Source: Nitrospirota bacterium
GTDB lineage: Bacteria; Nitrospirota; Thermodesulfovibrionia; Thermodesulfovibrionales; JdFR-85
Assembly (NCBI GenBank): GCA_013152485.1
Contig: JAADGG010000041.1
Span: 30,791-94,790 of the forward strand
Direction: 5' to 3'
DNA length: 64,000 nt
The notes under the pieces are model-generated. The model had not been told where the DNA came from. It saw only the letters and a list, made by a program, of their open reading frames with translations, and searched no databases. This document shows, piece after piece, positions 1 through 8,706 of this stretch (positions are counted from its first letter, which is position 1; each line of letters opens with the position of its first letter). The translations under genes and the position numbers were made by a program.

Positions 1-2207
1 CCAACGAGAGGGCCTTCGACATGGCCGTGGACCCCGCCGGCAACATATACCTGGCCGGATACACGTTCGGAGACCTCTCGGGAAGCGGCAAGTCTGTACG
101 GTTCGACGCTTTCATTGCGAAGTACGACACGGACGGCAACCGGACATGGTTGAAGCAGTCCGACACTTTAAACATCGGCAGATTCGCCGGTATCGCCATC
201 GACGCCGGGGACGGCATCTATGTGACGGGGGAGACGCACGGCGATCTCGCCGGAACAGGGAGTGCCGGATACCGTGACGTGTTCATCAGGAAGTACGACA
301 CCGATGGCAACGAGGTGTGGGTGTCGCAGTTCGGCACTGAATACGATGACAGCGGCATCAGCATCGCTGCGGATGCCTCCGGCAACACCTACGTGACGGG
401 ATACACGAAGGCAGACATGGCCGGGCCAAATTCGGGTTACAAGGACGTATTCATCGCAAAGCACGACCCCTCCGGCAACATGATATGGACTCGACAATTC
501 GGCTCCAAGGGCGACGACATCGGTATCGGCATCGCTGTAGACTCCTCCGGCAACACCTACGTGACCGGATACACGAAGGCGGACCTCGCCGGAACCGATT
601 CGGGCTCCAAGGACGTATTCATAGCAAAGTACGACCGTAACGGCAATCTCCTGATAAAGCAGTTCGGCTCTGAAGGGGAAGACGCCGGCTCAGGAATAGC
701 GGTGGATTCATCCGGCAACAACTACATAGCAGGGGATACGGACGGGGACCTCGCATCAGCCAACTCGGGGTCCAAGGATGTGTTCATCGCAAAGAACTAC
801 GAGTCTTCGGTACCGCCCGCAGATGCAACCTACAGCCTCGGTGGAACGGCAAGCGGTGTCGACGAGGCAATAGAACTCGAATTCCTCGTGAGAAAACTGT
901 ATCCGGACGGATCAGGCACACTACTGTACGGAAGGGCCTCGGTGGAGGGGGACGGACCGTTCGTGCTGGGTGAGTTCGAGGATGGTTCCATGTATGAAGA
1001 TGTGAAGGTCGCCACTCCACGCGTGGCCTGCATCGTTACAAACGGCAGCGGAACGATAAGCGGATCGGACGTTACGGATATAGACGTTACATGCAGCAAC
1101 GTCCCCATACTGACCGACATAGCCGCCGGCTATACGTACAGCGTGGCACTGAAATTCGACGGCACGGTCTGGGGATGGGGAAGCAACGGCCGTGGAGAGC
1201 TGGGTGACGGGACCCTCACGAAGAGTGCCACACCCGTGCAGGCGGTCGGACTCACGCAAGTCATTGCCATCACGGCTGGAGCATCTCATACCGTTGCGCT
1301 CAGGGACGACGGCACGGTCTGGGCTTGGGGAAACAACGGCTCAGGCCAGCTGGGAACGGCAACCGGCTTCTGCTCCACAGTCTTTCCGGATCTGCCGTGC
1401 ACTGCCACGCCCGTGCAGGTGGAGGGGATTTCAGACGTCACGGCCGTCGCGGCAGGAGCTTTCCACACGGTAGCCCTCAGGACGGACGGCACGGTCTGGA
1501 CTTGGGGAAGCAACATCTTCGGGACCCTGGGAGACGGAACCACTACGAACCGTATCTCCCCGGAGCAGGTACCCGGACTCACGGACGTCACCGCCATCGC
1601 GGCGGGAAGCGCCTATACCCTTGCGCTCAAGAAAGACGGCACGGTCTGGGCTTGGGGAAACAACGGGTTAGGCCAGCTTGGGTCGGCAACCGACTTCTGC
1701 AATTCAGACTATGATTACCTGCCCTGTTCCACGATACCCTTACAGGTGGAAGGGTTTTCGGGGGCCACGGCCCTTGCAGCCGGGAATTCACGGACCTTTG
1801 CACTGAAGGCCGACGGCACCGTCTGGGCATGGGGGTCCGGACTGCTGGGAGACGGGACCACTGGAGGCAGCATATCCCCGGTGCAGGTAACCGGACTCAC
1901 GGACGTCACCGCCATCGCGGCAGGAAGCTCACACACCCTTGCGCTCAGGGAAGACGGCACGGTCTGGGCTTGGGGGGATGGCAGCGACGGCCAGCTTGGT
2001 GACGGGGAGAGGAGTTCCAGTCCCGTTCCGGTACAAGCATACGGTCTTACGGACGTAAAATCCATTGCAGCCGGTTATTGGTTCTCTCTCGCACTTAAGA
2101 ACGACGATACGGTCTGGGGATGGGGTGACAACTACTCGGACGAGTTGGGTGAAGGGGTAACTGGCAGCTACAGCAACGTACCGGTTCAGGTGTACTGGCC
2201 GCTGTAA
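1..2207 (+). CDS. Secreted repeat protein with N-terminal SBBP-type beta-propeller repeats fused to C-terminal RCC1 repeats (5' end off window)
   Basis: ORF 21..2207. The frame stays open back to nt 3, so the N-terminus is missing. About five ~60-aa repeats of form GNxYVTGYTxxDLAG..KDVFIAKYDxxGNxxWxxQFG are followed by seven repeats of form DGTVWAWGxNxxGQLGDG (RCC1 signature). Confidence 0.8.
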   Translation, partial: NERAFDMAVDPAGNIYLAGYTFGDLSGSGKSVRFDAFIAKYDTDGNRTWLKQSDTLNIGRFAGIAIDAGDGIYVTGETHGDLAGTGSAGYRDVFIRKYDTDGNEVWVSQFGTEYDDSGISIAADASGNTYVTGYTKADMAGPNSGYKDVFIAKHDPSGNMIWTRQFGSKGDDIGIGIAVDSSGNTYVTGYTKADLAGTDSGSKDVFIAKYDRNGNLLIKQFGSEGEDAGSGIAVDSSGNNYIAGDTDGDLASANSGSKDVFIAKNYESSVPPADATYSLGGTASGVDEAIELEFLVRKLYPDGSGTLLYGRASVEGDGPFVLGEFEDGSMYEDVKVATPRVACIVTNGSGTISGSDVTDIDVTCSNVPILTDIAAGYTYSVALKFDGTVWGWGSNGRGELGDGTLTKSATPVQAVGLTQVIAITAGASHTVALRDDGTVWAWGNNGSGQLGTATGFCSTVFPDLPCTATPVQVEGISDVTAVAAGAFHTVALRTDGTVWTWGSNIFGTLGDGTTTNRISPEQVPGLTDVTAIAAGSAYTLALKKDGTVWAWGNNGLGQLGSATDFCNSDYDYLPCSTIPLQVEGFSGATALAAGNSRTFALKADGTVWAWGSGLLGDGTTGGSISPVQVTGLTDVTAIAAGSSHTLALREDGTVWAWGDGSDGQLGDGERSSSPVPVQAYGLTDVKSIAAGYWFSLALKNDDTVWGWGDNYSDELGEGVTGSYSNVPVQVYWPL

Positions 2208-2220
2208 CACGGAACCTCCG

Positions 2221-2257
2221 GCATCCGTTGCGGCTGACAACCAGCCGCAACGGATGC
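2221..2257. terminator. Perfect 16-bp stem / 5-nt loop hairpin between convergent genes
   Basis: gcatccgttgcggctg-acaac-cagccgcaacggatgc lies between the stop of the RCC1 protein (+) and the stop of ugd (-). The adjacent A5/T5 run is on the wrong side to be a canonical U-tract for either transcript, so it is not a textbook intrinsic terminator. Confidence 0.5.
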
Positions 2258-2280
2258 GCAAAAAGACGAACAAAACGATG

Positions 2281-3591
2281 TCAACCTATGCTGTTTCTTC
2301 CGACACAGTGGTAGTTGAACCCGAGGCTCTTCATCTTGTCGGGAGCGTAGACGTTCCTGAGATCAAAGAAGTTGGGCGACTTCATGGACGACTTTATCCG
2401 TCCGAGATCGAGGTTTCTGAACTGGTTCCACTCGGTCATCAGCACGAGGGCGTCCACCCCCTTTGCCGTTTCGTAGGCATCCTTCTTGTAGCTGATCTTC
2501 GGGAAGACGGCCTTCATGTCGGCTGACGCAACCGGGTCATAGGCCTGCACCTTTGCACCGTCCTTGAGCAGGCTCTCTATCATGTACAGGGACGGCGCCT
2601 CCCTGATGTCGTTCGTGTTGGGCTTGAACGACAGTCCCAGGATCCCTATCCTCTTGCCGCTGACATCGCCGAGGACGCTCCTGAGCCTGGAAAACATCAG
2701 ATTCCTCTGCTTCTCGTTGGCCTTCACCGCAGCCTCCACGACGCCGAGGTCTGCATCCTTCTCCCTCGCAAGATGCAGAAGAGCGAGGGTGTCCTTCGGA
2801 AAACACGAGCCCCCGAAACCCGGACCCGGGTGGAGGAACTTCGGACCTATCCTCTTGTCGAGCCCCATGGCCTTTGCAACCACGTGTACATCGGCACCAA
2901 CGAGGTCGCACAGGTTCGCTATCTCGTTTATGAATGATATCTTCACCGCAAGAAAGGAATTCGATGAATACTTGATGAGCTCGGCGGTCTCGATGTTGGT
3001 TATCACAAAGGGTGTCTCTATCAGGTAGAGGGGCCTGTAGAGGTCCCGCATTATGGCTATGGCCTGGGGGCTCTCCGCACCGATCACCACCCTGTCGGGC
3101 CTCATGAAGTCTCCGATCGCGGAACCCTCGCGGAGGAACTCGGGATTGGAGGCGATATCGAAGTCGACGTCACCCTTGAGCTTCTCCTTTATCCATGCGC
3201 GGATCTTCTTGCCGGTCCCCACAGGAACAGTGCTCTTCGTCACGATGATCTTGTAGTCGTTCATGTACCGGGCTATCTCCTCGGAGACCTCCTTTACATA
3301 GCTGAGGTCAGCCGTTCCGTCACCCCTCGGGGGTGTACCCACCGCTATGAAGATGACGAGCGATGACTCCACGGCATCCTTCACCTTTGTGCTGAAGTTG
3401 AGCCTCCCCTCGGCGGCGTTCCTCTTGACCAGCTCCTCGAGGCCGGGCTCATAGAAGGGTATCTCTCCCTTCTTCAGTGCCTTGACCTTCCGCTCATCCC
3501 TGTCTACACAGGTAACGGAGACGCCGAACTCGGAAAAGCATGCGCCTGTTACAAGCCCTACATACCCTGTTCCAATGATTCCTATGTGCAT
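2281..3591 (-). CDS. ugd: UDP-glucose 6-dehydrogenase
   Basis: The N-terminal Rossmann motif MHIGIIGTGYVGLVTGACF and the GGSCFPKD active-site motif are present. I moved the start to the internal ATG at 3591, which is preceded by GGAGGA. The 38 upstream codons of the ORF look non-coding. Confidence 0.9.
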   Translation of the reverse strand: MHIGIIGTGYVGLVTGACFSEFGVSVTCVDRDERKVKALKKGEIPFYEPGLEELVKRNAAEGRLNFSTKVKDAVESSLVIFIAVGTPPRGDGTADLSYVKEVSEEIARYMNDYKIIVTKSTVPVGTGKKIRAWIKEKLKGDVDFDIASNPEFLREGSAIGDFMRPDRVVIGAESPQAIAIMRDLYRPLYLIETPFVITNIETAELIKYSSNSFLAVKISFINEIANLCDLVGADVHVVAKAMGLDKRIGPKFLHPGPGFGGSCFPKDTLALLHLAREKDADLGVVEAAVKANEKQRNLMFSRLRSVLGDVSGKRIGILGLSFKPNTNDIREAPSLYMIESLLKDGAKVQAYDPVASADMKAVFPKISYKKDAYETAKGVDALVLMTEWNQFRNLDLGRIKSSMKSPNFFDLRNVYAPDKMKSLGFNYHCVGRNSIG

Positions 3592-3882
3592 TCGTCCTCC
3601 AGTTAAAGGTTTGTCCCTGATCCAGCGACGGACGGCTCGAGGTGTTGCACAGGGGGGATATTGCCGGTTCGTCGTCGCTGGATATGAGTTGTATCGAGAT
3701 GTCAAGAAATTCCGGTCGTCATACTAAAAGAATAACCAATATAAGCCCATGAAGTCCACACCCCGCATTAGATCACAAAAAACGTCCGCGAACAACACTG
3801 TTCGATAAAGAGAGCAGGTCATAGCAGGACAGTATAGGCTTACGGTATTTAATTGCCGAATCCTGCAACAATGATGGTTGTT

Positions 3883-4018
3883 GGGAGCGATATGACAGAG
3901 TCTGAACGGTTTTAAGTATCACGAAAGCTTCACCTGGATGGTGAAGCGTGATACTTACCTCGGAGTCCAGGCCGGATGCCTGGACGAGAATGAGTGAAGA
4001 GTCTGTCATATCGCTCTC
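3883..4018. other. Nested inverted-repeat element (candidate structured RNA or MITE-like element)
   Basis: A 15-bp perfect outer stem (3885-3899 / 4002-4016) encloses two hairpins. These are aagtatcac..gcttcacc-tggat-ggtgaagc-gtgatactt (3914-3956) and ctcg..tccaggc-cggat-gcctgga-cgag (3959-3988). The strand of any transcript is unknown. Confidence 0.3.
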
Positions 4019-4265
4019 TTCCCGTAATCGAGACGTTTTATCGATGGAGCTGGGAATAGTGAATAAGACCGCTCAACCCTCAGCATATGAAAACCTGACC
4101 CGGCAATAAAACACCCTGTGAATTTGCTGCGAAATTAAAACCGTTCAAAATCAACATCCCCTGTCCTCAATTATAGTTCCTGAGTTTTTACCTGACATTA
4201 ATTGTACAAACAACAGCTTATTTCACGGACACTCTATTTTGATCTAACGGGCACCCCTCCTGAAC

Positions 4266-5039
4266 TCAGTAGTCCCCGCCGACGAGTTCGGCCTCTATGT
4301 AACCCACGGCCACCTTCGTCCTGATCAGTACGGGTATGTGTCTTTCGTCATCCGTGAGATATATGTAGATATCGCCCTTTCTGTCGAAAATCCCTTCGGA
4401 CTTCATGTCGGGTTTCACCACCACGGTCCTGAACCTGCCTGCCCGCGTCTTCACTTCCTCCCTTCTCAATATATCCACCCTGACCTTCCAGACCCTGTTG
4501 CTGTCGAAGATCGTCACATGTACGGGACGGCCGACCTCGAGGGGTCTTTTCCTCAGGAGGAAGAACCCGGAGAGGGGATCGAACGTATCCTCCGGGACAG
4601 GATAGACCTTCTTCTTTTTCTCCAGATGGTTCACGAACAGCACCGTTGCGCTTTCGCGGTCGAATATGAGTTCCTTGTCCCTCCTGTAGCGGCCCTCCCT
4701 GATCTTGAGCCTGTAGCGGACGGCAGCCCAGCCGTCCGCCTCCCCGCCCGGATCGTCCTTCCTCACCACGACACTCTCCACGCGGTCATCCACCTTGTAA
4801 AAGACGGAGAGCCACTTTGCGGATTCCGCCCTCGAGACTATCCTCAGCGAGTCGCCGTCCTCCAGGAAATCAAGCCGTGCCTCGCCCGCCTTTATCCCCA
4901 TCCACCTCAGATCGTAGCGAAAGGACTCCGAGGCGTACAGGGAGCAGGGAGCAACAAGCACGGCGGCGAGGATGAAGATCACGACTGCCGACACACGGCG
5001 CGGGACTCCGGCCCTTCGCGCTGCTACTGCCTCTTCCAC
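4266..5039 (-). CDS. DUF3108-like exported protein
   Basis: An N-terminal signal peptide is followed by LRWMGIKAGEARLDF.. and a beta-rich body that I recognise as DUF3108-type. No catalytic motif. Confidence 0.6.
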   Translation of the reverse strand: MEEAVAARRAGVPRRVSAVVIFILAAVLVAPCSLYASESFRYDLRWMGIKAGEARLDFLEDGDSLRIVSRAESAKWLSVFYKVDDRVESVVVRKDDPGGEADGWAAVRYRLKIREGRYRRDKELIFDRESATVLFVNHLEKKKKVYPVPEDTFDPLSGFFLLRKRPLEVGRPVHVTIFDSNRVWKVRVDILRREEVKTRAGRFRTVVVKPDMKSEGIFDRKGDIYIYLTDDERHIPVLIRTKVAVGYIEAELVGGDY

Positions 5040-5527
5040 TGCTCGATCTCCTGATGAAGCCTTATGAACCTCTCGACAGCACCTTCACCGATGCCTGGAA
5101 TACTCCTGAAGTCCTCCAGGGCCTCATCAAAGCCGGTCTCTCTGTCTCCACTTATGAGATTGTCGGCATATGCCACTATCTTTTCCTCGGGGGTCCGGGG
5201 AACGAAATCCCTGGCCGGGAGCCCGAGCGAGCGGGCCTCCTCGGCGGTGATCCCGGCCCCGATATGCCTCTCTATGATACTGACGAGGCGCTCGTCAACC
5301 CCAAGCTCCCTCGCCATCTCGGCGCCGACAACTGCATGTTCGATCCCGTGGGTCCTCGCCCTGCCGATATCGTGAAGGAGTGCACCCATCCTTACGAGTT
5401 CCCTGTCCACGGGAATCCTGACTTCACCGGCAATCCTGAGGGCAAGTTCCTTTACGGCGAGAACATGCCTTATGACCCTCTCGGAACATCCGACGCTCCT
5501 TAGGAGCCCCGTCTCCTTGTCTTCCAC
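5024..5527 (-). CDS. HD/HDIG-domain phosphohydrolase (TIGR00295-like)
   Basis: LLHDIGR (HD motif) and ERHIGAGI are present. GTG start preceded by GAGAGGTGA. Confidence 0.7.
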   Translation of the reverse strand: MEDKETGLLRSVGCSERVIRHVLAVKELALRIAGEVRIPVDRELVRMGALLHDIGRARTHGIEHAVVGAEMARELGVDERLVSIIERHIGAGITAEEARSLGLPARDFVPRTPEEKIVAYADNLISGDRETGFDEALEDFRSIPGIGEGAVERFIRLHQEIEQWKRQ

Positions 5528-5643
5528 GGTTCACCTCTCAACCGGTTCCGCCTCCGTGACGTTTTTACCGGGACTTGCTTTTACACGTCCTTATATATTA
5601 AATTATTCACTACCAATAATTCACAGAACGCACAGGAGGCACC

Positions 5644-5925
5644 ATGGCAAGGAAGAACCTCTCGGCACTGAAGAGAGTGAGGCAGGCGGAAAAGAGAAGA
5701 CTGCGGAACCAGGACTACAAGTCGAGGATCAAGACCTGCACGAAGAAGGTCGAGTCTGCAGTGGCTGCAAAAGATGCAGAGGCCGCAGCAAGGCTTCTCC
5801 GCGAGGCCATAAAAATCATCTCGAAGGTCTCGTCCAAGGGTATCATACACCGCAACACGGCTTCAAGGAAGATCTCCCGCCTGACCAAGAAGGTAAACTC
5901 GATACTCAAATCCGAAGCAGCCTGA
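5644..5925 (+). CDS. rpsT: 30S ribosomal protein S20
   Basis: MARKNLSALKRVRQAEKRRLRN..IHRNTASRKISRL is a typical S20 sequence. AGGAGG lies upstream of the ATG. Confidence 0.95.
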   Translation: MARKNLSALKRVRQAEKRRLRNQDYKSRIKTCTKKVESAVAAKDAEAAARLLREAIKIISKVSSKGIIHRNTASRKISRLTKKVNSILKSEAA

Positions 5926-6787
5926 CGAACAGCTCTTCAAGGGGATATTCACCTCCGGAGGTCTTCAGCCTCCTGTCGGCCTCGGCAAGACACCTGAAGA
6001 CCTCGGAAAAGTATCCATCCTTGCGGAGGGCCCCCTTCTTTGACAGCTCCGAGTACTTCCAGTTCACGGCACCGAGCACGGCAAACGGATCCAGTGTGTC
6101 ACGCACTGCGCTGTATATCCTGAAGACCTTCGTCTTGTCTCCGGATGCAAGTGCGTCGACCAGGCTGAAGACACTGTATGAGGCGGAGCCGTGCATGAGC
6201 TCACTTATGTCATCAGCATCGACTCTCCTTTTTCCCAGGAGACAGGCCTTCTCCGCCTCCCCGTAAAGGACGCCCATGTCGGTGCCGGAGGTAGCCATGA
6301 GAAGGCTGACGGCAGCAGGGGTAATATCCACCCCCTTCCGCCGTACGACGTCCCTGAGCCACGACCTTATCTCCTGGGGGCTCATATCGAGCGACACGAC
6401 CCTGACGGCATCCTTGAACTTCTCCCTCATGGCCTTGTCGGGGGGCTTGAGCGAGAGCATGACGAAGACCGAACCGGAAGACGGGTTGTCGATGTAGTTC
6501 AGCAGGAGTCTGAGCTCCCTCTTCTTCATGGACTGAATGTTCCGCATCACGACGATCTTCCTGTCGCCGAAGAAGCCGGGTGTATTGAGAACGTCAATGA
6601 CCGCATGCGCCGGCGGGGCCGACTCGGCGTCATAAATCATGACGTTGAACTCCCTCGTCTCCTCGGGGACGAGTTCCCCTATCCGGTCAACGGCATCCTT
6701 GACGAGAAAGGAATCCTTTGCATGGAGATAGTAAAGCGGTGAAGGTAGTCCGTCCTCCATCTCTTTCAGAAACTGCCTGCGGCTCAT
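5906..6787 (-). CDS. holA: DNA polymerase III delta subunit
   Basis: N-terminal PLYYLHAKDSFLVKDAVDRI. Size and the position downstream of lptE match the conserved lptE-holA arrangement. Confidence 0.7.
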   Translation of the reverse strand: MSRRQFLKEMEDGLPSPLYYLHAKDSFLVKDAVDRIGELVPEETREFNVMIYDAESAPPAHAVIDVLNTPGFFGDRKIVVMRNIQSMKKRELRLLLNYIDNPSSGSVFVMLSLKPPDKAMREKFKDAVRVVSLDMSPQEIRSWLRDVVRRKGVDITPAAVSLLMATSGTDMGVLYGEAEKACLLGKRRVDADDISELMHGSASYSVFSLVDALASGDKTKVFRIYSAVRDTLDPFAVLGAVNWKYSELSKKGALRKDGYFSEVFRCLAEADRRLKTSGGEYPLEELFVRLLRI

Positions 6788-6817
6788 CTGTTCCTCCCCG
6801 CAAAACGAAACCGGAGC

Positions 6818-7354
6818 TCAGTCATCGTCGAGGTCCGAACCGTAAATCATCTCGGCGATTATCCTCTGGGCGAGGCCCCTGACCGCCTTCTCCGTCGCAC
6901 GCTCTCTCTGAGACTGTATGGCCTGAATGTCGTCTGCAGAGACGAACGTCTCCATGAACTCGGAGCCTATGTCCTTGATTTCCCGCACACTTCCGTCAGG
7001 GAATCCGAGCCTGACGTCGGCTGCTATGCGGATGATGTATTCGACGGAGAGATCGTCTTTTATGCTGAGCGTATCGAGCCTGTAGTCCGTCAGGACCGCT
7101 GACAGCACGTATGCGGATCTGTCAGCGAGAGCTATACCGTTTCTGAGCAGTTCTTCCGCCATGACGTTTATGAAAAGGTCCTGCAGCCCGGGCTCGAAGG
7201 TCTGGTTCTCGACCACGCCGATCCTGACGGATCCGAACGGCAGCACGGATGTCTTATGCACCCTGTAGCCGCACGAGACCAGAAGCGAACACTGCAGTAA
7301 GAACAACACAAACGTGAGGTTGCTCAACAGCTTCTTACGGTTTACGAAACTCAT
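6818..7354 (-). CDS. lptE: LPS-assembly lipoprotein LptE-like
   Basis: Lipobox LLVSCGY follows a signal peptide, and the gene sits upstream of holA. I chose the internal ATG at 7354, which forms an ATGA overlap with the stop of the upstream gene. Confidence 0.6.
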   Translation of the reverse strand: MSFVNRKKLLSNLTFVLFLLQCSLLVSCGYRVHKTSVLPFGSVRIGVVENQTFEPGLQDLFINVMAEELLRNGIALADRSAYVLSAVLTDYRLDTLSIKDDLSVEYIIRIAADVRLGFPDGSVREIKDIGSEFMETFVSADDIQAIQSQRERATEKAVRGLAQRIIAEMIYGSDLDDD

Positions 7355-7602
7355 CTCCTCCAGTTCCTGATGTGTCTTACGCCGGAGTTGAACCTCTCGA
7401 GCAGTTTCTTGGCCCATACGAACTCACCGGCCAGTATTGCAAGCGAGAGGGGAATCACAACCGTTGCAGGCCCCGGAAGCACGATCAGCACGATGCCGAC
7501 CAGCAACAGGGTAAAGCCTATGACGATCTTCGTGACCCTCTTGGCCTGGGGAAGGGTCTTGACAGTCAGCCTGCTGATGAATAATTTAAGCGCCGTATTC
7601 AT
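7351..7602 (-). CDS. PGPGW-domain small membrane protein
   Basis: Two TM helices with LIVLPGPATVVIPLSLAILAGEFVWAKK (PGPGW-type motif). Confidence 0.6.
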   Translation of the reverse strand: MNTALKLFISRLTVKTLPQAKRVTKIVIGFTLLLVGIVLIVLPGPATVVIPLSLAILAGEFVWAKKLLERFNSGVRHIRNWRR

Positions 7603-7686
7603 TACGTTGATTTATTATAGAAGTAAGCGCCCGCCGAATACAAGAAAGCTACCCCGACAGCGCATGTTTGTGCTAAAATGTAAGGC

Positions 7687-8706
7687 ATGCCGTGCAGGAC
7701 AAAAGTGACCCTTTCATGCAATGACGGATCAATGAAGACATACAAGCCGATCTCCTTGAGACAGGTCAGGAGATACTCCCTGGAGGACAGAAAGAGCAAG
7801 GTAGAGGCGTCGAAGGCGGCCGGGACGTTCCCGGAGGGGGGCACATTCAAGGACTTCATCGACTCCCTGCCGGACTTTCTCGCCGCCAGGGACTTCAGGG
7901 AAGTGGTCGGCTCGATAGTGAGGGCGCGGCTGAATGACAGACCGGTTGTTCTCGCCATGGGGGCACACCCGATAAAGGTGGGGCTCTCCCCGTTGATCAT
8001 AGACCTTATACAGAAGGGCATAATCACGGCGATTGCCTCAAACGGGGCCGCCGTAATCCATGACTTCGAACTCTCCTACAGGGGAGAGACCTCCGAGGAT
8101 GTCGCATCGGAGCTCGAGGATGGGACGTTCGGGATGGCAAAGGAGACGGCGGTCATGATAAACAGGGCCATAAGGAAAGGGGCCGGGGAAGGCCTCGGCC
8201 TCGGGAGCGCGGTCGGCAGGATGATACTGAACGGACGGGGGTTTCACAACAGGAGGATGAGCATATTTGCCGAGGCGTACAGGCATTCGGTCCCGGTCAC
8301 CGTCCATGTAGCCTTGGGCACGGACATAATACACATGCACCCCGAGGCGGACGGTGAGGCCATAGGCAAGGCGAGTCTCCTCGATTTCAGGACCCTTGCA
8401 TCCGTGGTCGCCGACCTCGAGGGAGGTGTTTTCATAAACCTCGGCTCCGCTGTAATAATGCCGGAGGTCTTCCTGAAGGCGCTTACACTGGCAAGGAACC
8501 TCGGTCACGGGGTAAAGGAGATAACCACGGTAACCATGGACTTCAACAGGCATTACAGGCCCATGGAGAACGTCGTACGTCGGCCTGCCGCCTCGGGAGG
8601 CCGGGGTTACTATATCACGGGACACCACGAGATAATGTTTCCGCTCCTTGCAGGGGCGGTGAAGGAAGAGCTGTCCACGAAACAATCGGGCCTGAGAGGG
8701 ACGTAA
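7687..8706 (+). CDS. Deoxyhypusine synthase-like family protein
   Basis: VVLAMGAHPIKVGLSPLIIDLIQKGIITAIASNGAAVIHDFE resembles the DHS fold core, though the match is weak. An extended -10 (TGCTAAAAT, 7671-7679) sits 7 nt before the ATG. An alternative start is at 7732. Confidence 0.4.
   Translation: MPCRTKVTLSCNDGSMKTYKPISLRQVRRYSLEDRKSKVEASKAAGTFPEGGTFKDFIDSLPDFLAARDFREVVGSIVRARLNDRPVVLAMGAHPIKVGLSPLIIDLIQKGIITAIASNGAAVIHDFELSYRGETSEDVASELEDGTFGMAKETAVMINRAIRKGAGEGLGLGSAVGRMILNGRGFHNRRMSIFAEAYRHSVPVTVHVALGTDIIHMHPEADGEAIGKASLLDFRTLASVVADLEGGVFINLGSAVIMPEVFLKALTLARNLGHGVKEITTVTMDFNRHYRPMENVVRRPAASGGRGYYITGHHEIMFPLLAGAVKEELSTKQSGLRGT

Noticed and set aside
3773-4009. A 78-aa ORF in the AT-rich spacer
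   Set aside because: It runs through the nested hairpins, has no SD and no recognisable family. The inverted-repeat structure explains the open frame better than coding does.
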